From NCBI GenBank assembly GCA_963667845.2, contig CAXXVL010000002.1:3392001-3456000 (forward strand): 64,000 nt of DNA. The letters run 5' to 3'. The stretch is from Smithellaceae bacterium (GTDB lineage: Bacteria; Desulfobacterota; Syntrophia; Syntrophales; Smithellaceae). Numbering within the stretch: the first letter of the stretch is position 1; each line of letters starts with the position of its first letter. Positions 29,648-40,953 of the stretch are shown in pieces. The notes under the pieces are model-generated. The model was given only the letters and a program-made list of their open reading frames with translations, was not told where the DNA came from and did no database searches. A program made the translations under genes and the position numbers.

Positions 29648-29910
29648 AAGAAGATCCTGTATTTATTTCTGATGTCAGATCTGAACCGAATTTAAACTAG
29701 CTTAAAAACCCCATAGATGTCAAATTGTTTTGTTTCAGCGGTGGCTGGGGACGGTTGATCCCGAGCCACCGTGTGGATTAATTATCAGTTAAGCCGTTGA
29801 TTCCTGCGATAAATGAATTATTTTATAAAAAAGTGTTCTTTAAAGACGGTGCCCTGCCGGCTTCAGTCAACTTGAGCGGCCGGCCGTGGCCCGAAAAAAG
29901 TTGAAAAAGA

Positions 29911-30015
29911 AATCAACCACCTCGCAGCAAGCTGTCGGGAGCCATGAAATGAACGTCATTATTTCGCAGCAGGCTACGCAGAATTAACGCTCGTCCCGCC
30001 AAAGCGGGATTAAAG
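29911..30015 (+). repeat. Dispersed ~105-bp hairpin element, copy 1 (putative IS200/IS605-derived PATE)
   Basis: Near-identical to 62638-62740 and 63854-63957. Confidence 0.85.
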
Positions 30016-30037
30016 GGTGAGAAAGAAGAACTGGAAA

Positions 30038-31180
30038 ATGATATTCGGACGTTCCGTCAGTCTTTTCAAAATACTGGGCTTTGAAGTAAAGGTCGATCTA
30101 AGCTGGCTTATCCTTGCCGCCCTTATCACCTGGTCACTGGCCAGCGGTTTATTTCCCGAATTTTACAAAAACCTCCCGCAGGCTTCCTACTGGTGGATGG
30201 GTGCAGCCGGAACCGTGGGATTGTTTGCATCCATCGTTTTTCATGAACTGGCGCATTCTCTTATCGCCAGGCATCACGGCATCACCATGAAGGGCATTAC
30301 GCTGTTTATTTTCGGCGGCGTGGCCGAAATGGAAAACGACCCGCCGTCTCCCACGGCTGAGTTCCGAATGGCTATTGTCGGGCCATTATCCAGCGCACTG
30401 GCCGGGGCGATTTTCTTTTTAGCCTTCATGGGGGCACGTCATTGGGGCTGGCCCGTGGAAGTATACGGCGTCGGGGCTTATCTGGCCTGGCTGAATCTCG
30501 TGCTCGCCGTCTTCAATCTGGTGCCGGCATTTCCTCTCGACGGCGGCAGAATCCTGCGTTCCCTGCTGTGGCGCTGGAAAAAGGATTTACGCTGGGCGAC
30601 CTCTGTGTCCTCAAAAGTCGGTTCCGGTTTTGGAATCATCCTCATCGTCCTGGGTATTATTTCCCTGTTCATGGGTAATTTTGTGGGCGGGTTGTGGTGG
30701 CTCATGCTCGGCTTCTTTGTCCGAATCGCCGCGCAGAGCGCCTATCAACAGATGCTGGCCCGGACCGTTTTTCAGAATGTAAAAGTGAGCGACGTCATGG
30801 TGAAGGACCCGGTCATCGTTCCCCGGGCAACGACCCTGGAGCAATTTATTCACGATTACGTCTACCAGCACCACTATCAGATGTATCCCGTCGTTTCTTT
30901 CGGCCGGCTGAACGGCTGCATATCCGTCAACGCGGCGGCGCGGGTTCCCCGGGACGAGTGGTCCAATCAGACGGTCGGTTCGATCACGATGCCCTGCGAC
31001 CGGGAAACAACGATTCATCCTGATGAAAGCGCCGCACAGGCTCTGGCCGTCATGAACCGAACGCGGCACTCCCTTCTGCTGGTCGTGGAAGGAGATCAGC
31101 TGGTCGGTGTGATTACGCTGCAGGACATGCTGAGGCTGCTTTCTCTCAAGGTCGAGTTGAACGATTTTGAAAAGAAGTAA
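30038..31180 (+). CDS. Site-2 protease (M50) with CBS domains
   Basis: HELAH, LFIFGGVA, FNLVPAFPLDGGRI, two C-terminal CBS domains. Confidence 0.93.
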   Translation: MIFGRSVSLFKILGFEVKVDLSWLILAALITWSLASGLFPEFYKNLPQASYWWMGAAGTVGLFASIVFHELAHSLIARHHGITMKGITLFIFGGVAEMENDPPSPTAEFRMAIVGPLSSALAGAIFFLAFMGARHWGWPVEVYGVGAYLAWLNLVLAVFNLVPAFPLDGGRILRSLLWRWKKDLRWATSVSSKVGSGFGIILIVLGIISLFMGNFVGGLWWLMLGFFVRIAAQSAYQQMLARTVFQNVKVSDVMVKDPVIVPRATTLEQFIHDYVYQHHYQMYPVVSFGRLNGCISVNAAARVPRDEWSNQTVGSITMPCDRETTIHPDESAAQALAVMNRTRHSLLLVVEGDQLVGVITLQDMLRLLSLKVELNDFEKK

Positions 31181-31197
31181 GAGATCATTTGGCCTAA

Positions 31198-32814
<1,617 letters not shown>

Positions 32815-32875
32815 ACTACAGACCGGAAGGCTCTTAGGCTATAGGCTGTAGGTTAAGAGGAAGAAGTCTAATCAT

Positions 32876-34378
32876 ATGATCAAGACGGATGTCATCATTA
32901 TCGGCGGAGGAGCGACCGGCTGCGGCATTGCGCGCGACCTGGCGCTCCGGGGCATCCCCCACTGCCTGATTGAAAAAGGCGATTACGCCGCCGGGGCCAC
33001 CGGCGCGTGCCACGGTCTTCTGCACAGCGGCGGCCGGTATGCGGTTTCCGATCCCATTGCCGCCAAAGAATGTTATGATGAAAATATAATTCTGCGCCGT
33101 ATCGGCGAAAAATGCGTCGAGCCGACCGGCGGACTATTCGTGCGCCTGCCCGGCGATTCCAAAATATTCCGGGAGCGGTTTTTAAGAGGCTGCGAAGATG
33201 TCGGCATTCCCACGGAAGTCATCTCCTCCACCAAAGCTCTCGAGCTGGTGCCCAACCTTAATCCGGATCTGGAAGAAGCGGTCAAGGTCCCCGACTGCTC
33301 GATCGATCCTTTTCGATTATGCATGCTCAATATGAAAACCTCGGAACTGAAAGGCGGCCTGAGTTTCACCCGCCATCGTGTCACCGAAATTGTCCAATCC
33401 CACGGCCGCTGTATCGGTGTCAAAGCCATCGACACGGCCACCGGCGAAGTGAAAGAAATTCACGGCAATATCATTGTCAATGCCTCCGGCGCCTGGACCA
33501 ATCTTGTCGCGAAGCTGGCCGGCTGCGAAGTCCCTCTGACCCTGTCGAAAGGCTCGCTCGTCATCACCAACCACCGCCTCACGGACATGGTCATCAACCG
33601 TCTGCGGCCCTCTTCCGACGGCGACATCATAGTCCCCAACGAGGCCGTGTGTCTGGCCGGAACCACATCGCTCGCAGTGGAAGACCCGGATAAAATAGCC
33701 ATTCAATCCACCGAGGTGGACACCATCATCGGCGAAGCGGGCCGCATGATTCCTCAGTTCAACACGACGCGCATCATCCGGGCTTTTTCCGGCGTCCGCC
33801 CCCTGCTCAAATCGCAGAAGCTGGACAGCCGGGCAATATCGCGCGGCTTTCAGATCATTGACCATCAAAACGGGATGTACAGCATTGTCGGCGGGAAACT
33901 CACGACCTTCCGGCTGATGGCGGAAAAGATGGTGGATACCGTCATGAACGCCTTCAATCTGAAAAGAGACTGCGAAACGGCCGAGCGCCCGCTGGACGGA
34001 CAGGAAGAACTGAGCGGCTATCCTCTTTCGAAACGTCTGGGCGATATGAAAGACATCATCTGCGAATGCGAACTTGTCAGCCGCAAAGACGTGGAACGAA
34101 CCATCGAGCAGACGGGAACCCGGCATGTCGGCGATATTCAACACCGCACACGCCTGGGCATGGGCCCCTGCCAGGGCGGGTTCTGCACGTTTCGCGCCCT
34201 GGGGATCATGCATGACATGAACCTCATAACGCCGGAGCAATCCGTCTCATCGCTCCGGGAATTCCTGCAGCGGCGGTTCCGCGGCATCCGCTATGCCCTC
34301 TGGGGTGATCAGCTTCGGGAAGAGCAATTGGTTGAATACATCTACCTGGGCATCCTGGCGATGGAGAAAAACAAGTGA
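32876..34378 (+). CDS. glpA: Anaerobic glycerol-3-phosphate dehydrogenase subunit A
   Basis: GGGATG FAD site, HGLLHSGGRY, GGKLTTFRLMAE, ICECE...RLGMGPCQGGFC. Confidence 0.95.
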   Translation: MIKTDVIIIGGGATGCGIARDLALRGIPHCLIEKGDYAAGATGACHGLLHSGGRYAVSDPIAAKECYDENIILRRIGEKCVEPTGGLFVRLPGDSKIFRERFLRGCEDVGIPTEVISSTKALELVPNLNPDLEEAVKVPDCSIDPFRLCMLNMKTSELKGGLSFTRHRVTEIVQSHGRCIGVKAIDTATGEVKEIHGNIIVNASGAWTNLVAKLAGCEVPLTLSKGSLVITNHRLTDMVINRLRPSSDGDIIVPNEAVCLAGTTSLAVEDPDKIAIQSTEVDTIIGEAGRMIPQFNTTRIIRAFSGVRPLLKSQKLDSRAISRGFQIIDHQNGMYSIVGGKLTTFRLMAEKMVDTVMNAFNLKRDCETAERPLDGQEELSGYPLSKRLGDMKDIICECELVSRKDVERTIEQTGTRHVGDIQHRTRLGMGPCQGGFCTFRALGIMHDMNLITPEQSVSSLREFLQRRFRGIRYALWGDQLREEQLVEYIYLGILAMEKNK

Positions 34379-35571
34379 GCGTTATTGAATATGATGTCAT
34401 TGTCATCGGCGCGGGCGCGGCGGGTCTGACGGCGGGTGCCGTCTTGGCGGCACGCGGTCTGAAAGTCGCGCTCGTCACTGCCGGAGAACCTACCGCCTGT
34501 CTATCCACCGGCTGCATTGATGTCTGCTCCCGGACCGATAACCCCCTCGCGGGCGTGGCAGGTCTGCCTGCCGGGCATCCGTTTCATCTGATCGCGGAGG
34601 CCACCATTCGCCTTGCGCTTGCCGACTTTCAGCAAATCATGGCCGATATGAACATGCCTTATGCGGGCGACCCGGAAAAAAACCGGCTGGTTCTCTCCGC
34701 CATCGGAACATTCAAAACCACGTGTCTGGTCCCCGCGACCATGCAGGCGTCGCCGCAAAGTACGGATGAAAAAATCCATATTATTACATTTGCCGGGCTG
34801 AAGGATTTTTACCCGGGCTACATCATCTCGCGGCTCCCCAATGCCTCCTTTTCAACTTATGACGCCGGCGTTTCCACCACCATGGGCATCGCCGCCAATT
34901 TCGAAGACGATGCCTTTCTGGAAGCGTTCGTTCTGTGGCTGGAAAAACAGAACATCCGCGAGAACAAGATCGCCTTCCCCGCGGTTCTGGGTCTGGAATC
35001 GGCGGCAGCCATTGTGAAAAAAATCGAATTGCGCCTCGAGCGCCCCGTCTTTGAAATCCCCACGATTCCGCCGTCCATGCCGGGCCGACGGCTGTTCAAC
35101 GGATTGAAAAATCACTTTAGGCGCCAGGGCGGAGTCATTTACTGGGGTTGGCCGGTTGTCGGCATAGAAAAATCCGGCGGCCAGATTGAAGCCGTCAGGG
35201 CCGAATCCAAGGGGAGGCCCGTAAGCCTCAACGCCAGGGCATTCATCCTGGCCACGGGATCTTTTGTCGGCGGAGGACTCACCGCAAAACGCGACGGGAT
35301 TATCGAAAAGGTTTTTAACCTGCCCGTATCTGCACCGGCGAATCCCGACGACTGGTTTGATCAGGATTATTTTTCCATGAACCACGGCATCGGCCGGGCG
35401 GGCATTGCGGTAGACGTTTCCTTCCGGCCCGTGGATTGCCCCTGGAACAACGTTTTTGCCTGCGGGGCCATCCTGGCCGATACGGACGTATTGAAATACG
35501 GCTGCGGACACGGCCTGGCGATAGCCACAGGTCAAGCGGCGGCCCAGGCGTGCCTGGAGTATCTGCGATGA
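34375..35571 (+). CDS. glpB: Anaerobic glycerol-3-phosphate dehydrogenase subunit B
   Basis: GAGAAG, FPAVLG, EIPTIPPSMPG, LATGSFVGGGL; GTGA overlap with glpA. Confidence 0.93.
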   Translation: MSVIEYDVIVIGAGAAGLTAGAVLAARGLKVALVTAGEPTACLSTGCIDVCSRTDNPLAGVAGLPAGHPFHLIAEATIRLALADFQQIMADMNMPYAGDPEKNRLVLSAIGTFKTTCLVPATMQASPQSTDEKIHIITFAGLKDFYPGYIISRLPNASFSTYDAGVSTTMGIAANFEDDAFLEAFVLWLEKQNIRENKIAFPAVLGLESAAAIVKKIELRLERPVFEIPTIPPSMPGRRLFNGLKNHFRRQGGVIYWGWPVVGIEKSGGQIEAVRAESKGRPVSLNARAFILATGSFVGGGLTAKRDGIIEKVFNLPVSAPANPDDWFDQDYFSMNHGIGRAGIAVDVSFRPVDCPWNNVFACGAILADTDVLKYGCGHGLAIATGQAAAQACLEYLR

Positions 35572-36752
35572 ATTTCGAACACTGCATACGCTGCACGATC
35601 TGCGTGGAAAACTGCCCCGTGCTTCGCGTCAACCCTGCTTTTCCGGGTCCGAAGCAGTCCGGCCCGGACGCCCAGCGTTTCCGCAGTGACCGGGAAAAAT
35701 CCGTGGATGACTGGGTGCTCCTTTGCAGCCAGTGCAAGCGTTGTGAAATGGCCTGTCCCTGCGGCGTGGAGCCGGCGCAGACGATTCTCCAGGCGCAGCA
35801 GCGCTACGGCATGGAGCATTCGCACACGGCGGCGCATCTGCTCTTTGCCAATAATTACTATCTCTCCACACTCGGATCGATCACGGCGCCGCTGGCCAAC
35901 CGCTTCGCCGCTACGAAAATCGGGAAACGGCTGTTTCAGCGCCTGGGTATCGCCACCTATATCCCGTTTCCCAAATTCAGTTTCAAAACGCTGCGGGGCG
36001 AAAAGAAAACGCGCAGCCGCGAAGCTAGAAAAGTCGCCTTCTTTTACGGCTGCTTCATCAACTTTTACCGCCCCGATATCGGCCGGAAAATCATCCGACT
36101 GCTTCAGTCCTTCAAAATCGACGTTGTCCTGCCGCCCCAGTGGTGCTGCGGACTGCCCGCCCTGGGCAACGGCAACCTGGATCTGGCGCGGTCCTTTGCC
36201 CGGAAGAACGTCTCCTCGCTTTCCAACTATATCGATGCCGGATATGACATCGTCTATACCTGCACCTCCTGCGGCTTGTGCCTGCTGCATGATTATCAGG
36301 GAATCATGGACATTCCCGGCGCGAAAAAAATCGCTGAAAACAGCTACGACCTTCACGAATATCTCCTCAAGCTGATTCGGGAGCAAGAGATCAAACCGCA
36401 TTTCAAAGAAGTGAACCGGGAACTGGCTTATCATATCCCCTGCCACCTCAGAGCGCTGAGACTCGGTTATCCGGCGGCCGATCTAATGGCGATGATTCCG
36501 GGGCTCTCCTGCCACATTCTCGATGACACCTGTTGCGGGCTCAACGGCAGTTATGGTTTTAAGAAAATCAATGAGGCCACGGCCATACAGCTGGGCCGGC
36601 GGGCTGTTTCACTCATTAAGAAGACGGGCGCCGAAGCCATTATGGCGGATTGCGGGTCCTGCCGGATGCAATTGAGCGGTCTCTCCGGCATGGAGGCCTT
36701 TGATCCGGCCGAGATTATTTGCGAATCTCTGGGCATCAAAGACAAGAAATAA
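35568..36752 (+). CDS. glpC: Anaerobic glycerol-3-phosphate dehydrogenase subunit C
   Basis: CIRCTICVENCP, FPGPKQSGPD, CSQCKRCEMACP, two CCG domains. Confidence 0.93.
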   Translation: MNFEHCIRCTICVENCPVLRVNPAFPGPKQSGPDAQRFRSDREKSVDDWVLLCSQCKRCEMACPCGVEPAQTILQAQQRYGMEHSHTAAHLLFANNYYLSTLGSITAPLANRFAATKIGKRLFQRLGIATYIPFPKFSFKTLRGEKKTRSREARKVAFFYGCFINFYRPDIGRKIIRLLQSFKIDVVLPPQWCCGLPALGNGNLDLARSFARKNVSSLSNYIDAGYDIVYTCTSCGLCLLHDYQGIMDIPGAKKIAENSYDLHEYLLKLIREQEIKPHFKEVNRELAYHIPCHLRALRLGYPAADLMAMIPGLSCHILDDTCCGLNGSYGFKKINEATAIQLGRRAVSLIKKTGAEAIMADCGSCRMQLSGLSGMEAFDPAEIICESLGIKDKK

Positions 36753-36834
36753 TACCCGAATCCTCCGGGTTATCGGCAAAATTATTTTTCCCGTAAGCCG
36801 CCGCCGCGCCGGCATCCGGAACACTGTCAATATC

Positions 36835-36867
36835 AAAAAAAAGGGGCTTCCCGAGGGAGCCCCTTTC
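36835..36867. terminator. Bidirectional terminator between glpC and the convergent gene
   Basis: A run followed by GGGGCTTC-ccga-GGGAGCCCC-TTT. Confidence 0.65.
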
Positions 36868-36889
36868 CTATTGACATTAAAATCAAAAC

Positions 36890-38869
36890 TTATTCACGGA
36901 CAGTCGTCATTTTCCTGCGGATCATGATGATCAGAGCACCCGCCAGCAAAATGAAGGACAGCATGAACGTGAGCATGGTCAGCGCGCCGTAGTTGACCAT
37001 CAGATAAGCCATCCCGACAAACGGCAGCAAGCTGCAGCGGGTCACGAAACGCAGCCCCTCACTCTGGGCGATCCTGCCGGCGATCGGCGGACTGACTTCG
37101 TAGTAGAATTTCACAAACGCCTTTCCTGCCGAAGTTGTCAAAAGAACGCGATCGCGGAACTCGCGCAAAATACTCACATGCTTTTCCATCGGTGTACCGA
37201 ACGCAGCCGTGGCGATAAAACACCCGCCTCCACCGCCGCCGCTCGCGGGCACGGGCACCGCGACCGAAAACGCCGAGGTATTGGATTCTCCGCCGCCGGG
37301 AGTAGCGTTGTAAACTGTAACGTTAAATGATCCGGCAGTAGCGACGTCCGCGGCCGGAATGGCCGCCGTAATCTGTGTGGCGGAGACAAAGCTGGTTGTG
37401 TGGTCGGCGCCGTTCCAGCGAACCGTCGAACCATTGACAAAATTGGTGCCGGTGACGGTCAACGTAAAGGCTGCACTACCGGACACCGCAGAGGATGGAC
37501 TTAAACTGACGATAGCCGGCACCGGATTGTTTACGGTGAAGTCCATCGCGTTGGAGGTACCGCCGCCGGGTGCCGGATTGAAGACCGTGATCGGGGAAAC
37601 TCCGGCGGCAGTTAAATCTGTGGCGGGAATAGCCGCCGTCAATTGCGTAGCTGAAACAAATGTTGTCGTGCGGTTAACACCATTCCAGCGCACCACCGAT
37701 GCGCTCTCGATAAATTTACTTCCAGTAACGGTTAAAGTGAAGGCCGAAGCGCCCACTAGGGCTGAAGTGCTTGATAAACCCGTAATGGTCGGCACCACAT
37801 CGGTTGCAGCGGCAAGATTGACAATGCTGACGGAAAGAAGCTCCATTCCACTATAGCTTGTTCCCCAGGTCATGGTGTGGTCGAGATAGTCCCAAGTGTC
37901 ATGGATATAAACCGTATTGCCCGTATCGTTGTAGCCAACACCGACAATAGTATGACCTGCCAGATTAAGCATCACCGGCCGGCCGGCGTCAATTTCCGCT
38001 TTGAACTGAGCAAATGAAAAGCCTCCGGCGATTTTGTTATCCGTCTTTTGACTGTAACAGTCCGTGACGGTATAGCCGCGGGCTTCATAAAAGAGTTTTC
38101 TCCCATACGTCCCATCCTCGGTGCTTATCCCAACTGTTTCCATATAGGCGCAGGTTAATTGGTCTGGTGATGAGACATAATTATAGAAGGTTGTTGAGCC
38201 ATCCTTATGACTGTAAGGGGCTGATTGACTCGTCTTCATATAATCGCCGATTGCGCCCGACCAGGCGTGCTGCGTCCAGGCGCCGGTGATATAGGGATCA
38301 GCGGCAGTACTGTCATAATTCATCCAATAATCGTCAATGGAACCGCGCGTCGCCCGACCGTCAACTCCATTGTGGGAGGCAGCCAATGGAAGATTGGGAT
38401 ACACAAGGCCATTTCGGTCCATCCATGTCGGCCAGGAGCCGTTATTCAATGGCATGACGCCGCCATCGGTCGGCCCGGTGTACATGTTCGGATACCCGTT
38501 CCGGTCATAGTAGCCGGCGATCATCGCCCCGGAAACCGCAGAACATCCGAAAACCCAGTTAAAAGCGGGGACGGTAAGCGTACTGGTTGCCATCGCCTTG
38601 TCGGGTTTAGGAAGCGAAACGGCCGCCCGCTCAAATCCGTAGCCCGGCGGCGGCATGGGTGGGCCGTTGATTATATTCCGGCTGAGACTTGTTCCGTCAG
38701 CGTAAGTGACGGTCTGAGTGCCGTAATGGGGGTTGACCTGCTGTACAGGTCCTACTGCGACTGGTGTCTTCACCACGCCGCTTCCCGAAAGCGCCGGATA
38801 AATAAAAATGAGACCGGCCAAAAGAAATACGCCCAACATGCATAATATTCGTCTTAAAATTTTACCCAT
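36890..38869 (-). CDS. Surface papain-like (C39/C10-type) peptidase with two IPT/TIG domains and a CFI-box-CTERM sorting domain
   Basis: Signal peptide; [11 protein letters not shown]...[14 protein letters not shown]; two PxIxxLSP...LTVTG.NF repeats; [14 protein letters not shown]...LREFRD...FYYEVSPP; C-terminal TM and basic tail. Confidence 0.85.
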   Translation of the reverse strand: MGKILRRILCMLGVFLLAGLIFIYPALSGSGVVKTPVAVGPVQQVNPHYGTQTVTYADGTSLSRNIINGPPMPPPGYGFERAAVSLPKPDKAMATSTLTVPAFNWVFGCSAVSGAMIAGYYDRNGYPNMYTGPTDGGVMPLNNGSWPTWMDRNGLVYPNLPLAASHNGVDGRATRGSIDDYWMNYDSTAADPYITGAWTQHAWSGAIGDYMKTSQSAPYSHKDGSTTFYNYVSSPDQLTCAYMETVGISTEDGTYGRKLFYEARGYTVTDCYSQKTDNKIAGGFSFAQFKAEIDAGRPVMLNLAGHTIVGVGYNDTGNTVYIHDTWDYLDHTMTWGTSYSGMELLSVSIVNLAAATDVVPTITGLSSTSALVGASAFTLTVTGSKFIESASVVRWNGVNRTTTFVSATQLTAAIPATDLTAAGVSPITVFNPAPGGGTSNAMDFTVNNPVPAIVSLSPSSAVSGSAAFTLTVTGTNFVNGSTVRWNGADHTTSFVSATQITAAIPAADVATAGSFNVTVYNATPGGGESNTSAFSVAVPVPASGGGGGGCFIATAAFGTPMEKHVSILREFRDRVLLTTSAGKAFVKFYYEVSPPIAGRIAQSEGLRFVTRCSLLPFVGMAYLMVNYGALTMLTFMLSFILLAGALIIMIRRKMTTVRE

Positions 38870-39503
38870 CCCTGTCTCCCTTGCTTGAATTGGATTCTAT
38901 CAATTTTTTGATAAGATAAATAAATTTGTTTTCAGTCGCCGTATGCTTTTCCAGATCCTGCGCGAAACGGAAATAGTCTGTTTCGACGCTCTTGATGCCA
39001 CCGTTTTCGATAAGAAACTCGCAGAGATATTTATTGTAAGTGCCCGAACCCAGCGGTTTGTAGCTTTCGGCCCCTGCAATTTTCGCCAGCAGCAAAACGA
39101 TGCGCGAACCTTCCTTGTATTTTCCATGATAAGCGCCCGGTCCGGCAATTGTGCGGCTAATCATCTTCGGGGGCTCCCCTTCGTTTTTGGATTCCGGGGC
39201 CGGTGTCTCACGATTAGCGGGCTTATATTTCTCTTTGATTTCGATCGTTTTTCCGGCGGGTTTGCCCTTCAGCAATTTTCCCACATGGACGGTTGCTTCC
39301 ACAATGCCTTCAGCTTCTCGAACCGCTGTGATCCTGCCGACAATGATCAGATCAGCCTGGGCAACAAGTGTTTTTAATTGGTCTATATTTAAAGGCGGGG
39401 GCGGGGGCTGCATCGCATATCCTCCGGCGGGGAAAAAAAGAAAAAAAAGACTCACAGCCGCGATGGAAACAACGTAGGTCAGTCGTCTTTTGATGCAGGC
39501 CAT
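38862..39503 (-). CDS. Hypothetical exported protein
   Basis: Signal peptide, poly-Pro, ADLIIVGRI...V..LLKG pattern; overlaps the start of the peptidase gene. Confidence 0.65.
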   Translation of the reverse strand: MACIKRRLTYVVSIAAVSLFFLFFPAGGYAMQPPPPPLNIDQLKTLVAQADLIIVGRITAVREAEGIVEATVHVGKLLKGKPAGKTIEIKEKYKPANRETPAPESKNEGEPPKMISRTIAGPGAYHGKYKEGSRIVLLLAKIAGAESYKPLGSGTYNKYLCEFLIENGGIKSVETDYFRFAQDLEKHTATENKFIYLIKKLIESNSSKGDRDG

Positions 39504-39731
39504 TGTCTCTGGTTTCCCTTAGGAATTCATGATACCGTATTTATCGCTAATTTATTTGAATAATGGAGTTGCAACATCAACACGGCCGCTACATTACAGG
39601 AGGCGGAATTCCCTGTCAACGTTTTCTTGTTTTTTGTGAATTTTTCCGGTCGCAAGGCCATTTTAAATCGTGAATGTTGTGTTTTAGCCGACAAGACGTT
39701 TGTTCCTGTTCTATGCTTGCGGAAATTATGT

Positions 39732-40946
39732 TTATGCCTTTTCCTTTTCCCGGATGAAGCAGCGGGGGTCTTCGGCCAGATAGTCGCCGCTGTACGCATG
39801 GGCACGTCCCCGGCAGCCGCCGCAGACGGTCTTGTATTGACATTCGCCGCAAAGGCCTTTGAGCTTTTCTTCGCGGGAGCGCAGATCTTTGAATAATGCG
39901 GAGTCCGTATAAATGTCGTGAAAACTTTTTTCCCGGACGTTGCCGCCGCTCACCTCGACAAAGGGACAGGGCCAGACGTCGCCATTGGCTTTGACATAAA
40001 CAAAACCACGGCCGGCGGCGCAGCCGTGAAAGACATGGCCGGCAAGTTTAAGCGGCCAGCCGCCGCGGATGCCGCGTCTCTCCAGGAGATAAGGCCAATA
40101 CTGCGGTCCGGCCACGGGCTCGATAATCGTTTTAGCATTTTGCTGTTTGGCCGAGATCAGTTCGCTCAAATACCGGTTGGCGCTCTTTTTCAATGTGGCT
40201 TTTTCAATCTTTTCGCCGCGGCCGACCGCCACGAGCTGATACATCAGCATGATGCCCGCCCCGCTTTGATCGGCAAAATCAATCAATTCCGGCAAATGCG
40301 GCATGTTGTATTCCATGGCCGTCGTATTAATCTGCAATAAGATGCCCGCTTTCTTTGTGGCTTCCACGGCCCGCAGGGCGAGATCGAAAGAACCCGGCTT
40401 GTTCCGGACCATGTCGTGGACGGCGGGATCGGCCGCATCAAAACTGATGGCGTTGCAGACGACGCCGTGATCTTTCAGTTTGAAGGCCATTTCCTCATCG
40501 ATTAAGGTGCCGTTTGTGGCAATGATGTTGGCCAGCCCCGCCTTCTGCGAATGTCTCAGCAGCTCAAAAATATCCGGCCGGACCAGCGGTTCGCCTCCGG
40601 TATAAATCAGGGTCCGGAATTCGCTTTCCGAGGCCAGCTGATCAATCAGCCTCTTGCCTTCATCCGTGGTCAACTCATCCGCGGCGGCCTGCCCGCTTGT
40701 CGCATGACAATGAATGCAGCGCAGGTTACAGGCTCCGGTGACTTCCCAGACCGGATGTCCCGGATAGCCGATGCACCCCATTCCCTGAGCACCGCTCGCC
40801 ACGGACATCGATTGGAGGCCATGCTTGACCAGCCACCCCGGGAAATTTCTCCAGCGGTTCAGGTAGCCCATCAAAAGTGTGCTCCCCAGCTGCTTAAAGA
40901 GAAGAGACGGAGGATTATAAAATGCTTTGACGATTTTGTGTTTCAT
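39732..40946 (-). CDS. Radical SAM/SPASM protein (NirJ/Ahb-like)
   Basis: CNLRCIHC, TGGEP, ATNG; SPASM CAAG...GDVWPCP...CGECQYKTVCGGCRGRA...DPRC. Confidence 0.92.
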   Translation of the reverse strand: MKHKIVKAFYNPPSLLFKQLGSTLLMGYLNRWRNFPGWLVKHGLQSMSVASGAQGMGCIGYPGHPVWEVTGACNLRCIHCHATSGQAAADELTTDEGKRLIDQLASESEFRTLIYTGGEPLVRPDIFELLRHSQKAGLANIIATNGTLIDEEMAFKLKDHGVVCNAISFDAADPAVHDMVRNKPGSFDLALRAVEATKKAGILLQINTTAMEYNMPHLPELIDFADQSGAGIMLMYQLVAVGRGEKIEKATLKKSANRYLSELISAKQQNAKTIIEPVAGPQYWPYLLERRGIRGGWPLKLAGHVFHGCAAGRGFVYVKANGDVWPCPFVEVSGGNVREKSFHDIYTDSALFKDLRSREEKLKGLCGECQYKTVCGGCRGRAHAYSGDYLAEDPRCFIREKEKA

Positions 40947-40953
40947 TCTGCAC

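Noticed and set aside
29738..29772. Hairpin CGGTGGCT..GGGA/TCCC..AGCCACCG in a divergent intergenic region
   Set aside because: Single copy with no U tail or family resemblance; cannot assign
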